DNA of 64,000 nt from a virus: positions 8,762 to 72,761 of IMG/VR virus record IMGVR_UViG_3300025695_001209; one strand, 5' to 3'. The position numbers and the translations under genes were made by a program. Positions 9,945-18,856 of the stretch are shown here, piece after piece. The notes under the pieces are model-generated. The model saw only the letters and a list, made by a program, of their open reading frames with translations. It did no database searches and was not told the DNA's origin. Position 1 is the first letter of the stretch. Every line of letters begins with the position of its first letter.

Positions 9945-11651
9945 TTAACCTTCACATGCAACACACTGTAAATCATTCAGACCTAACTTCTTTCTTGCGA
10001 AAGCTTGTGCCGAATTCATTGAGTGTTGGTAATACAATGTCTTAACTCCCAATTGCCATGCTTCAATAAGAAGTTTGTTAACATCCTTTGTAGCCATATC
10101 AGGTGATATCATTAAGTTTAGTGACTGTGATTGGTCAATATACGTTTGACGTACTGCTGCTTGGTTAACAATAGATGATTGGTTAATTTCCGCAAATGTT
10201 CTAAAAACATCTTTTTGGTCATCACTCAAAAATTCTAAGTGTTGTACCGAACCATCTGCCTGTTTAATACTATTCCACACATCCTTAGTGTCTTTACCCA
10301 TAGTAATTAATAAGTCTTTAAGTACAGGATTTTTGATGGTTACCTTCATTTTAGCAACATCTTTCACGTAACAGTTAGACCAAATAGGTTCAATTGATTG
10401 AGAAACCTGCCCAAGAATAAAAGCTGATGATGTTGTTGGTGCAACTGCGTTAAGTGTAACATTTCTTCGACCATAACCTTTTAGATATTCAGGTTCACCG
10501 AACATTTCCGCCAACTTTTCTGACGCCTTGTATGACTTTTCTTTTATATGTTTAAAAACTTCAACATTAAGTCTCGCAGTTTCTCTCGTATCAAAAGCTA
10601 ATCCTTTAGACTGAAGTAATGAGTGCCATCCTAATACACCTAATCCTAGTGCTCTTTGTCTTTTAGAGAAGTTATATGCTTTCTCTAAGTAGAAAAACGC
10701 TCTTCTACCCTCAATAGTTCCATTGTCTCTTAAGTCTTCAATCTTAGTTAATAACTCAGTCACAACAACGTCCAAAAACATCGTCATCACCTCAACTGCA
10801 TCAGTATCTTTCCATTCGTCATAGTGAAGAACATTCATTGATGATAATACACACACAAACGACTCTTCTTCTGAGTTATGAAGTGCAATTTCAGAACATA
10901 AGTTTGAGTTGTTAATCTTCGCTCCTTTATCTTTATACACATCAACGGTATTATTGTTTGTAGTATCATGGAACATGATATATGGGTAACCAATCTCACC
11001 TCTTCTTTGAATAACTTTAGCCCATACCTCTCTTTTCTTGTCGTCACCAGCAATCATTTCATTCATGAAATCATCTGTAACCGTAACTGCGTGTGTTAAA
11101 TTTTGTATAGTAGAACCCTCAGTACCAATTTCTAAATACTCCATAATGTCGGGATGTTCAACAGGTAAGTATGGTGAGAAACGACCTCTTCGTGTCGACC
11201 CTTGTGATATGTTATCTACAACACTCTCAAAAAGATTCATAAAGTGTACTGCTCCAGGTGCTTGTCCGTTGTCTGTGATTTCAGCACCACGTCCTCTAAT
11301 ATTACCAAAGTAACCTGAAGTACCTCCACCCATTTTAGACATCTCACCAACTTCTGCCTGTGTGAATAGTATTGATTCTATGTTATCACCAATGTTAGAC
11401 CCGAAACAACTAACTGGTAGTCCTCTCTTTTTACCGAAGTTTGCCCATACAGGTGACGATAAAGAATACCAACCTTTACCCATGTAGTTGTAAAATTTTT
11501 CAGCAAATCCTTCTACACCTAATAGTTTTTCAGCGTGTTCCGCAATAGTTTTAATTCTTTCTATCGGTTCCTCACCCTCACTTAAGTATCCTCTACGTAA
11601 GAAGGTTATAGACTCTTCATTAATCCATTCAAATGGTTTTCTTTCTTTCAT
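9945..11651 (-). CDS. nrdA: Ribonucleotide reductase class I alpha subunit (no ATP-cone)
   Basis: PVSCF, SNLCSE, VCVLSS, APTTSS, DQSQSLN, GVKTLYY and the C-terminal CVACEG cysteine pair. Confidence 0.97.
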   Translation of the reverse strand: MKERKPFEWINEESITFLRRGYLSEGEEPIERIKTIAEHAEKLLGVEGFAEKFYNYMGKGWYSLSSPVWANFGKKRGLPVSCFGSNIGDNIESILFTQAEVGEMSKMGGGTSGYFGNIRGRGAEITDNGQAPGAVHFMNLFESVVDNISQGSTRRGRFSPYLPVEHPDIMEYLEIGTEGSTIQNLTHAVTVTDDFMNEMIAGDDKKREVWAKVIQRRGEIGYPYIMFHDTTNNNTVDVYKDKGAKINNSNLCSEIALHNSEEESFVCVLSSMNVLHYDEWKDTDAVEVMTMFLDVVVTELLTKIEDLRDNGTIEGRRAFFYLEKAYNFSKRQRALGLGVLGWHSLLQSKGLAFDTRETARLNVEVFKHIKEKSYKASEKLAEMFGEPEYLKGYGRRNVTLNAVAPTTSSAFILGQVSQSIEPIWSNCYVKDVAKMKVTIKNPVLKDLLITMGKDTKDVWNSIKQADGSVQHLEFLSDDQKDVFRTFAEINQSSIVNQAAVRQTYIDQSQSLNLMISPDMATKDVNKLLIEAWQLGVKTLYYQHSMNSAQAFARKKLGLNDLQCVACEG

Positions 11652-11675
11652 TATATTTTTTGTTTTTTCGTTTTT

Positions 11676-12938
11676 TTAAAATAAATCGTTAGATGTAATC
11701 GATTTAGATTTCTTACTATAATTAATACTTCTCTTATTGAAGAAGTCAGTATGCTTTGTTGTCAGTATTTCGTCATCAAACCACTCTGTCGTTTCTAATA
11801 GTGTCTCATTAATATCAAATATACTATCTACTCCGATAGAGTTCAATGAAACATTAAATCTATGTTTGATGAATTCCATTGTTTCGTTTTTAGTTAAAAA
11901 CTCTAAATCTCCTTCTTCAAATATCCACTCAACAATCTCACGTTCCGCTTCATACGCTTCCATAGTTGCAACAACTAAGTCTTCTTTTAGTTCGTCTGTC
12001 CACCAACTAGGGTTTTCACTCTTAATTAGATTAACTAAATCAAATCCAAAACCAGCGTGTATATTCTCTTCTTTTGATGTTGCTTCAACTGCGTTACTAA
12101 TACCTTTTAACATATTCTTATGTTTGTTGAAAGACATAATCACTAAGAATTGTGAGAATAACGATACATTCTCCACAAACATAGAAAATAAAACAACCGA
12201 TTCAAAATATTCTTTGTTTTCCACAGCCTTTGAGTTAGTGATTGCCTTCTCCAAGTATTTGATTCTTTTACGAATTGCTGGTACCTCCATCAATGTCTCA
12301 AATTCGTTATTTAAACCCAATAACTGTACTAAGTGTGAATAAGCGTCAGCATGTCTCACTTCTGATTCTGCAAAAGTTGCACCAACATTACCAATCTCTG
12401 GTTTTGGCATTCTTTTGTAGATATCACCCCAAAACGATTTAACCGCCACTTCAATTTGTGAAATTGCTAACATCGCTCTTTTTACTGAGGTCTTTTCTTT
12501 TTTATCAAGTTTAACTTTGAAATCCTGAATATCTGAAGTGAAATTAAACTCAGTATGTACCCAGTAAGAGTGTCTAATTGCATCCACATAGTCATTTAAA
12601 TCTGGGTACTCATACGGTTTTAAATTCGTTCTTTTGTTAAAGATGTTTGGACTATTATCCTTACGGTAAATAATATATTCTTTAGCAACATTATTAAGTC
12701 CGTTATCCATAAGTTTGTTCTCCACCATATCGTGTATTTCATCAACATGAGGGACTCTATCTTTCTCACCTCTGAAAATTCCTTTTCTGGTGATTCTAGC
12801 AATTTTATCCGCCATGTCATCATCGATATTACCAACACTTTTCATCGCTTTTAATACCGCATATTTTATCTTTTCCGATTGAAAAATTACTTTATCACCG
12901 TTTCTTTTAATTACATAATTAGTTTCTTTACCATTCAT
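11676..12938 (-). CDS. nrdB: Ribonucleotide reductase beta subunit with N-terminal ATP-cone (NrdBi / class Id-like)
   Basis: ATP-cone VIKRNG...KI...VDEIHDMVENKLM...AKEYIIYR, then ferritin-like ligands IEVAVK, EVRHADAY, ENVSLF, EENIH and the C-terminal DFF. Confidence 0.95.
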   Translation of the reverse strand: MNGKETNYVIKRNGDKVIFQSEKIKYAVLKAMKSVGNIDDDMADKIARITRKGIFRGEKDRVPHVDEIHDMVENKLMDNGLNNVAKEYIIYRKDNSPNIFNKRTNLKPYEYPDLNDYVDAIRHSYWVHTEFNFTSDIQDFKVKLDKKEKTSVKRAMLAISQIEVAVKSFWGDIYKRMPKPEIGNVGATFAESEVRHADAYSHLVQLLGLNNEFETLMEVPAIRKRIKYLEKAITNSKAVENKEYFESVVLFSMFVENVSLFSQFLVIMSFNKHKNMLKGISNAVEATSKEENIHAGFGFDLVNLIKSENPSWWTDELKEDLVVATMEAYEAEREIVEWIFEEGDLEFLTKNETMEFIKHRFNVSLNSIGVDSIFDINETLLETTEWFDDEILTTKHTDFFNKRSINYSKKSKSITSNDLF

Positions 12939-12978
12939 AGTAGTAATACATTTATTTGTTTATTTATTATAAATATGA

Positions 12979-14355
12979 TTAAATACCCTCACGTTGCTTA
13001 CGCTTCTCCATGAGGTCTTTTATTCTATCCCTTTGCTTCTCTTCTCTTTGTTCTTCCAGACCTAAGAACGTCATACTTTGTTCAGTATCAATAACTAACA
13101 TTTCATTATCATACTTACAGTTTTCAAAGACCACCCCATCTTTTCCGATACGTGACTTTGTAATTGCAATCGTACCTAAATTCATCTCTTTTTGTTGTAG
13201 AGACTTAGCAACTGAAATGATTACGTGACCAACTTGAGCTTTCTTAATCGACCCACCCATTTGGTCAGTGGTTACAACCTCGGAAGAAATTGATGAACGG
13301 TTACCTTGTGTTGCGGTCCATCCTACAATGTCTAATTCGTGACACATCGCCTCAAATCCTCTCATAACTGAACCTTCACTCTTCCACTCATCACCTAAAT
13401 TTTTATCAGGCGATATACAATCGATGTAATCAACAACAATCATATCGATTTTGTTTCCTTCCGCAATCATCTTCCTAACCTGATTCTTTATTTGACTCAT
13501 AGTCATGGTATCTGATGGTAGTTTCTTCAACGTTAAAGAGTTAGTTGTATTCTCCTTAATCTCCTTAACTTTCTCCATTACTTCATCTCTATGACCCGAT
13601 AAGTTATCAGGTGCAATTCCTGTCCATAATGTGAAGTGTTTACGCTGAATAATCTTCGGGTTGTCCTCAAAGAAAACCTGTAATACATTGTAACCTAAGT
13701 TAAATGCATTATTAGCTATTTTTGTGAGGAATGTAGTTTTACCTACACCTGTTGGTGCTAAGATAACACCTATCTCCCCTTTCGCTAAACCACCCTTCAT
13801 AAGGTTATCTATACCTGCAACTCCCATAGGTATCGGATGACGATAATCATCATCTAAAACCACATCTAAGTTAGCAAATACATCCGCAGTTCCAGCATCG
13901 ACTTCACCGACTTGTAGTGCTTCTCTCACCATTTCCTCTAAGTGGTCGTAAGACTCAAAATCACCTTTATCTATGATTTTTTGAGCCTTTGACATTACCT
14001 TCTGTAACTCTTGTTGTTTACAGAACTTAAGTGACTTTTCCTGTACAAAAGTCGACCCTTCAATTGGTGACTCTTTTACGTCATTTATCATGTCAAACAC
14101 CATTTTCTGAGCCATAGGCGAGGAAATCTCACTTTTAGTTAATTGCTCAAGTGTTGCAAACGTAGGAGTGTGTTCATACTTTACGTAGTACTCCTTAATC
14201 ATTTGCATAATGATTTTAAAGTATTGATTATCAAAGTACTTCGGGTCAATTACATCAACAATGGAATTGGCAAAGTCTTTGTCAACTACTATGTTGTTTA
14301 TAAGCTGTATTTGGAATGAGTTACCAAGGTAACCGAAGTTTTTTTCTTTTGACAT
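12979..14355 (-). CDS. Replicative DNA helicase (DnaB / T4 gp41-like)
   Basis: Walker A APTGVGKT, IVVDYID, TATQGNR, KSRIG. Confidence 0.93.
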   Translation of the reverse strand: MSKEKNFGYLGNSFQIQLINNIVVDKDFANSIVDVIDPKYFDNQYFKIIMQMIKEYYVKYEHTPTFATLEQLTKSEISSPMAQKMVFDMINDVKESPIEGSTFVQEKSLKFCKQQELQKVMSKAQKIIDKGDFESYDHLEEMVREALQVGEVDAGTADVFANLDVVLDDDYRHPIPMGVAGIDNLMKGGLAKGEIGVILAPTGVGKTTFLTKIANNAFNLGYNVLQVFFEDNPKIIQRKHFTLWTGIAPDNLSGHRDEVMEKVKEIKENTTNSLTLKKLPSDTMTMSQIKNQVRKMIAEGNKIDMIVVDYIDCISPDKNLGDEWKSEGSVMRGFEAMCHELDIVGWTATQGNRSSISSEVVTTDQMGGSIKKAQVGHVIISVAKSLQQKEMNLGTIAITKSRIGKDGVVFENCKYDNEMLVIDTEQSMTFLGLEEQREEKQRDRIKDLMEKRKQREGI

Positions 14356-14392
14356 ATCAATTAATTTTCTTTAGGGTAAAATATAAATATAC

Positions 14393-14845
14393 TTAAACTA
14401 ACTTATAGTTCATGTACTCGTAGGTTAAATCTTCAGACGAGAAAATCTCAGTTAACTCCCGAAGTACACTTTTTAGTTGCGGACGTATGTCTACAGTGTA
14501 TCTTATTTTAGGTGGGTATAATTTTCCGTCAAAAACTCTATGACAAATTGTCTCATCTCCGAGTCTAATTTTTACGTGGAAGTTCTCTTCACCATCGGTA
14601 TTCGAGGTATCTAAGATAGATGAGTCCACCGCAATTTGGTAGTAGTGGTCTAACATATACATGTTAGTTCTATCTTTTAAGATTTCAGTTAAATCGCTAG
14701 TAAAATCATTAACGAATTCTAAGACATCAATACTCTTTCTTGCCTTCGGATTGTACCCCCTCACGTTGAAGTATCTTTGAACAACTATGTTCTCATTCAA
14801 CATTAAAAGGAATTCCATTTTTGTTACGTCGTTTTTTTCTTTCAT
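14393..14845 (-). CDS. Hypothetical protein in replication block
   Basis: 150 aa ORF co-oriented between the exonuclease and helicase genes. Confidence 0.7.
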   Translation of the reverse strand: MKEKNDVTKMEFLLMLNENIVVQRYFNVRGYNPKARKSIDVLEFVNDFTSDLTEILKDRTNMYMLDHYYQIAVDSSILDTSNTDGEENFHVKIRLGDETICHRVFDGKLYPPKIRYTVDIRPQLKSVLRELTEIFSSEDLTYEYMNYKLV

Positions 14846-14852
14846 TTTTTTT

Positions 14853-15860
14853 TTAAATTTTGTTTTTGTAACGTTTTTTTTCTTTTCTAGTTAGTTTCAT
14901 AAAAGGTGTTATAAAATCTACCCAACCATCGTCTTGTTTAGGTAGGTACTTGAAGATTCCATCTTTCATCATCATTCTCATTAGATTCTGATATCCTCTC
15001 CCTTCGGGGTCTAACTCTTCAGTATAGTAGAGTTCAACCATTTCCATGCCCTCATCACTTATCATTGGGTTTGACAAATCTACGATTTTTTTGTTAATAT
15101 CAAAGAATTCTTCACCTAAAACCCCTCTTTTAGTTTTTCCTTCAATGATACTTTGTATAATCTTTCTTTTGTCACCTTCAGATTGTAGCTCTTTAGCACG
15201 TTGTATAATATCGTCAACAGATGTGTAATTGTCCAATATCTCAGGGAAAATCTTTGCAAAAGTTTTCTCACCTAATAAATAAATACCATCAATATTGTCA
15301 GACTTGTCACCTGATAAAATTTTAAATGTAGTTATATTATAATGAGGTAATGAAATATCTTTCAATGGGATATTATCACCCTTCTTATAAAGGTTTCTAT
15401 GATTAGGTGAGTAAACCTCCACATTATCTGAGATGAGCTGTGTAAGGTCCTTATCTGCTGAAAATATAGTTTTGTATTCGTCTTTAGAGACATTACAATA
15501 ATGTGCAATAGCATCATCCGCTTCACACCCATCAATAGATACCTGTCGGATAAACATCTCCTCCAAATACTTCTTAACTCTCGACAACTGCCATTCAAAA
15601 GAAATTTGTTGTTGTTCGTTAAGAGTTCTCTTTCTATTTCTTTTGTATTGTTCTAGTAGGACTCTTCTCGATACTGAGTTATCATCTGCATCCCAAAACA
15701 CTATTATTTTATCATAATTGTGTTCAACTAAGAATTTTTTCAAAGTACTCACAAAATGGAAAATACCACCAATATGGTTACCCTCATGGTAGAATTCTCT
15801 CACTCCGTGAAAACCAATTTTAAATAAATTATTTCCGTCTACTAATAGTGTTTTTGTCAA
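14853..15860 (-). CDS. 5'-3' exonuclease / flap endonuclease (T4 RNase H, PolI N-terminal-like)
   Basis: LLVDGNNL, EADD, SADKDLTQL, GDKSDNIDG and GEKT (helix-3-turn-helix). TTG start. Confidence 0.93.
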   Translation of the reverse strand: MTKTLLVDGNNLFKIGFHGVREFYHEGNHIGGIFHFVSTLKKFLVEHNYDKIIVFWDADDNSVSRRVLLEQYKRNRKRTLNEQQQISFEWQLSRVKKYLEEMFIRQVSIDGCEADDAIAHYCNVSKDEYKTIFSADKDLTQLISDNVEVYSPNHRNLYKKGDNIPLKDISLPHYNITTFKILSGDKSDNIDGIYLLGEKTFAKIFPEILDNYTSVDDIIQRAKELQSEGDKRKIIQSIIEGKTKRGVLGEEFFDINKKIVDLSNPMISDEGMEMVELYYTEELDPEGRGYQNLMRMMMKDGIFKYLPKQDDGWVDFITPFMKLTRKEKKRYKNKI

Positions 15861-15878
15861 CTTACCTTTAATTATAGG

Positions 15879-16880
15879 TTAGACATCTCTGACTTCTTCC
15901 AATTTGTAATCTCCGTCAGTTCCGATTACTTCTTTCCAATACTCCGCCTGTTCTGACTTATATTGTTCAATTGATTTCTTTTCTTCGGTAGACTCTTTAC
16001 CCGCCAAGAAACCGTGTGGTGTTACTATGATTTTACCATCCTCATAACCTAAACCATTAATGTGGTTTTTCATTACAGACACTTTCGTTCTAACCGCAAA
16101 TTTAACTTTTCTTTTGTCTTTAACTGCGGCTATTTTGTTAGTACCCGCATTCTTTTGATTACCAAATAAAAATACTAATGATGAGTTCAACCATATTGCT
16201 TCACCACCTTTAGCTTTAATCTTAGGTTGACCAAAAGGATTATCAGGTAACTCAACCCACGGTTGGTTAACAATTAATAATGTGTTTTCATATTTCGAAT
16301 CTGACTTTCTTGAACCTGATATTCTCTGATTAATACCCATACCTATCTTATCCGCCAATGTAGCCGCGTTGTGTTGTTTACCTCCTTTACCGTCAAAAGT
16401 CATTTTACACGGTACTGAACCAACAGAATCCCATAAGAATAGTAAGTCGTATTCCAACTCACCTTTTTCTTGGGCATCTAATAACTCATTGATATAATCA
16501 GTAATTTGTTCAATATATGAAAAGTTATTGTTAAATAGGAAAAACCCATCCCACTCTAACTCACCTGTTTCTTCGTCAACCACTTCATCACATTCGAAAC
16601 CCATCGTTCTTGCATGTTCAAATGACCACTTCTGTTCGGTGATAATAAAAACAGGGAGGATACTTTTCTTTTGTGCATCAACCGCAGATTTAACCAACGC
16701 AGTTGTTTTACCCGTATCTGAGTGACCTAAAAACATATTTAAGTGACCCATTGCAGGACCAGGTACCCCGACCGCATCCAAAAACGCACTTCCTAAATCA
16801 AAAAACCTCTGTGGTTTGTATTTTGCTGAAGTTGAATACTTTTTTTTCAGTGAACTGAAATCTTTTTTCTTTATTGCCAT
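15879..16880 (-). CDS. recA: RecA/UvsX-like recombinase
   Basis: Walker A GHSDTGKT, WDSVGS, IVNQ, KGGEA, KNH. Confidence 0.88.
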   Translation of the reverse strand: MAIKKKDFSSLKKKYSTSAKYKPQRFFDLGSAFLDAVGVPGPAMGHLNMFLGHSDTGKTTALVKSAVDAQKKSILPVFIITEQKWSFEHARTMGFECDEVVDEETGELEWDGFFLFNNNFSYIEQITDYINELLDAQEKGELEYDLLFLWDSVGSVPCKMTFDGKGGKQHNAATLADKIGMGINQRISGSRKSDSKYENTLLIVNQPWVELPDNPFGQPKIKAKGGEAIWLNSSLVFLFGNQKNAGTNKIAAVKDKRKVKFAVRTKVSVMKNHINGLGYEDGKIIVTPHGFLAGKESTEEKKSIEQYKSEQAEYWKEVIGTDGDYKLEEVRDV

Positions 16881-16896
16881 ATTTTTTTAATTAAAA

Positions 16897-16926
16897 GATG
16901 GTAACGACATTCGTGTCGTTACCATC
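16897..16926 (-). terminator. Hairpin/terminator between ssb and recA
   Basis: Perfect 13-bp stem GATGGTAACGACA-N4-TGTCGTTACCATC followed by TTTT on the minus strand. Confidence 0.75.
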
Positions 16927-16940
16927 ATATTTGTGCTCCC

Positions 16941-17804
16941 TTAAAATGGTAAGTCCTCGTCCACATCCATTTTAGATTGTGGGTCCTCAACTTTACCTGT
17001 ATTAGTATCAGTCGACATACTTCCACCAAATGATGTTTGTTCTTGAGTGTCGTTACCATATACGTATTTCTTTAACTCTGTGTCCCAAACAGGTGTTTCA
17101 CCTCTTGAGATAGCTTCTAAGTATTCGACAGGTTTTTGTGCGTAAACATCTTGCCATGTCAACTCATCTTCAACCCACTCAGTCATTTGAGCCTTATCGG
17201 TATGTATCGGTGTTGGGTCATCATACATAATAGTTTTAACTACCGTATATTCGATACCTGAAGGAGTTTTAGACTTAGATAAGTCCACGATTAAGTCACG
17301 ACCTTCGTTTGCGTCTGTTACATCACCTTTTTGTTTCCAAATTGGAATGATTTTATCAAGGATACCTTCTTGTTTGTAGTTATCTTTGAATCTCCAAAAT
17401 TTAGGTCCGTGGTCTTCATTGTCTCGGTCAATAACTTTAACGATGTAAAACTTACGAGGACGATAAGTACGGGCCAATTCTTTATCTGAATCTTTACCTG
17501 TTGACATCAACTCTTCGTACACCTCAGTAAGTGGTGAACGCTCACCATCATTCTTTCCTGGGTCGAATAGTTTTGTCCATTTACCGTCAATCTGTACTTC
17601 GTGGTACCACACTTCTTTAAATGGTGACGAACCATCTGGTGTCGGTAAAATACGAATGACTTTTTGTCCCGATTTAGTACCCTTAGGTAGATACGTTGTG
17701 AAGTACCTTTTTAATCTGTCTTCTTGAGAGATTTTGTTTCCACCACCCGTGTTGTTGGTGTTTTTTTCATACTGTGCTAACACAGCGTCTAATGCATTTG
17801 CCAT
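16941..17804 (-). CDS. Single-stranded DNA-binding protein (T4 gp32-like)
   Basis: IRILP...PFKEVWYH, acidic tail ending DEDLPF, position next to recA. Confidence 0.85.
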   Translation of the reverse strand: MANALDAVLAQYEKNTNNTGGGNKISQEDRLKRYFTTYLPKGTKSGQKVIRILPTPDGSSPFKEVWYHEVQIDGKWTKLFDPGKNDGERSPLTEVYEELMSTGKDSDKELARTYRPRKFYIVKVIDRDNEDHGPKFWRFKDNYKQEGILDKIIPIWKQKGDVTDANEGRDLIVDLSKSKTPSGIEYTVVKTIMYDDPTPIHTDKAQMTEWVEDELTWQDVYAQKPVEYLEAISRGETPVWDTELKKYVYGNDTQEQTSFGGSMSTDTNTGKVEDPQSKMDVDEDLPF

Positions 17805-17849
17805 AATTTTTCTTTTTTCTCTTGTTATTTATTATCTTAAACTCTTATA

Positions 17850-17880
17850 CAAATATAGTGTTTACATCTATAAAGTCAAA
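17850..17880 (-). promoter_or_regulatory. Bacteroidota housekeeping-sigma promoter driving the replication operon
   Basis: Minus strand TTTG-N19-TATATTTG matches the -33 TTTG / -7 TAnnTTTG consensus. Confidence 0.8.
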
Positions 17881-17891
17881 CCATCATAAAG

Positions 17892-17923
17892 AAAAAAAAC
17901 CACTCGGGTTGAGTGGTTTTTTT
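17892..17923. terminator. Bidirectional intrinsic terminator
   Basis: A8-CCACTC-GGGTT-GAGTGG-T7. Confidence 0.85.
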
Positions 17924-17956
17924 ATAAAAAATCTTAGTATGTTGGTTAAATTTTAG

Positions 17957-18574
17957 TTACTTACCTAAATCAGCTCCGAATGATTTACGAATGTCTGAGT
18001 CGGAATAGTTTTCGACCTCATCCGAAGTTAATATATATTCATTCTTACCCGTCTTTTCCATTTCTTCTGACTTATCATCAAAGAAATCTGTTAACTTTTG
18101 ATTATATGGGTAACTATCTAAACTTCTTAATTGTAATTTTTCTTCAGGTGATTTTTCACGATACTTCTCAACCTTAGCTTCGATATCATTAATCTTTGAT
18201 AGAATTTGGTCCATTTGTGATAACTTACCCTCTAAGTCTGATAACTTAGTGAACATTGTATCCATATATTCATCTTGTTTATCAGATATCTCAGTTTGTT
18301 TATTTACTAAATCTGTAATTTCTAACTCTTCGGTACCACCTTCTATATCCATAGATTCAGATTCACCTTCGTCATTGACTTTCTCAACATCAGGGTCAGA
18401 TTCCACATCAACAGGTTCAGGTATCTCTTCAGCTCCTGAATCCATATCTAAGTCACCACCTAAATCACCACCTAAATCATCAGCGGCATCAACCGGCTCC
18501 TCTTGTTCACTTAAGTACCCATTAATGGTATTGTGTCTCTTAAGTTCTTCTAATATTCTTTTATCTATCGACAT
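17957..18574 (-). CDS. Acidic hypothetical protein (possible prohead core/scaffold-like)
   Basis: 205 aa with a highly acidic N-terminal half, DLGG repeats, coiled-coil character and an LxE-rich leader. Confidence 0.6.
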   Translation of the reverse strand: MSIDKRILEELKRHNTINGYLSEQEEPVDAADDLGGDLGGDLDMDSGAEEIPEPVDVESDPDVEKVNDEGESESMDIEGGTEELEITDLVNKQTEISDKQDEYMDTMFTKLSDLEGKLSQMDQILSKINDIEAKVEKYREKSPEEKLQLRSLDSYPYNQKLTDFFDDKSEEMEKTGKNEYILTSDEVENYSDSDIRKSFGADLGK

Positions 18575-18588
18575 AATCTTTTTTTATT

Positions 18589-18813
18589 TTACCCGTTAAG
18601 TAGTGTTTTCACACCGTGTGGGGTCTCAACTTTTAAGGTACGGTTAACTTGTCTTGAGTTATCAACCCTCTCAATTAACCCATCTCTCATACTAACAGTA
18701 TAACAGTCACCTGTATCTAAGTCACAAACCTCCTTGTAACCATTTCCGGCATCTTTCTCAGTAATTCTCGTATCTTTTGACAAATACTGGTCTAATAATG
18801 TTTTTACATTCAT
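18589..18813 (-). CDS. Hypothetical protein
   Basis: 74 aa containing CDLDTGDC. Preceded by TATTTATA. Confidence 0.65.
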   Translation of the reverse strand: MNVKTLLDQYLSKDTRITEKDAGNGYKEVCDLDTGDCYTVSMRDGLIERVDNSRQVNRTLKVETPHGVKTLLNG

Positions 18814-18856
18814 AATATTACTTTTATATATAAATATAACAAAAACTCAATTTATC

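Noticed and set aside
18443-18482. 12-bp repeats encoding DLGG; also RDVV repeats at about 52771-52815
   Set aside because: Ordinary low-complexity coding repeats with no sign of a separate function.
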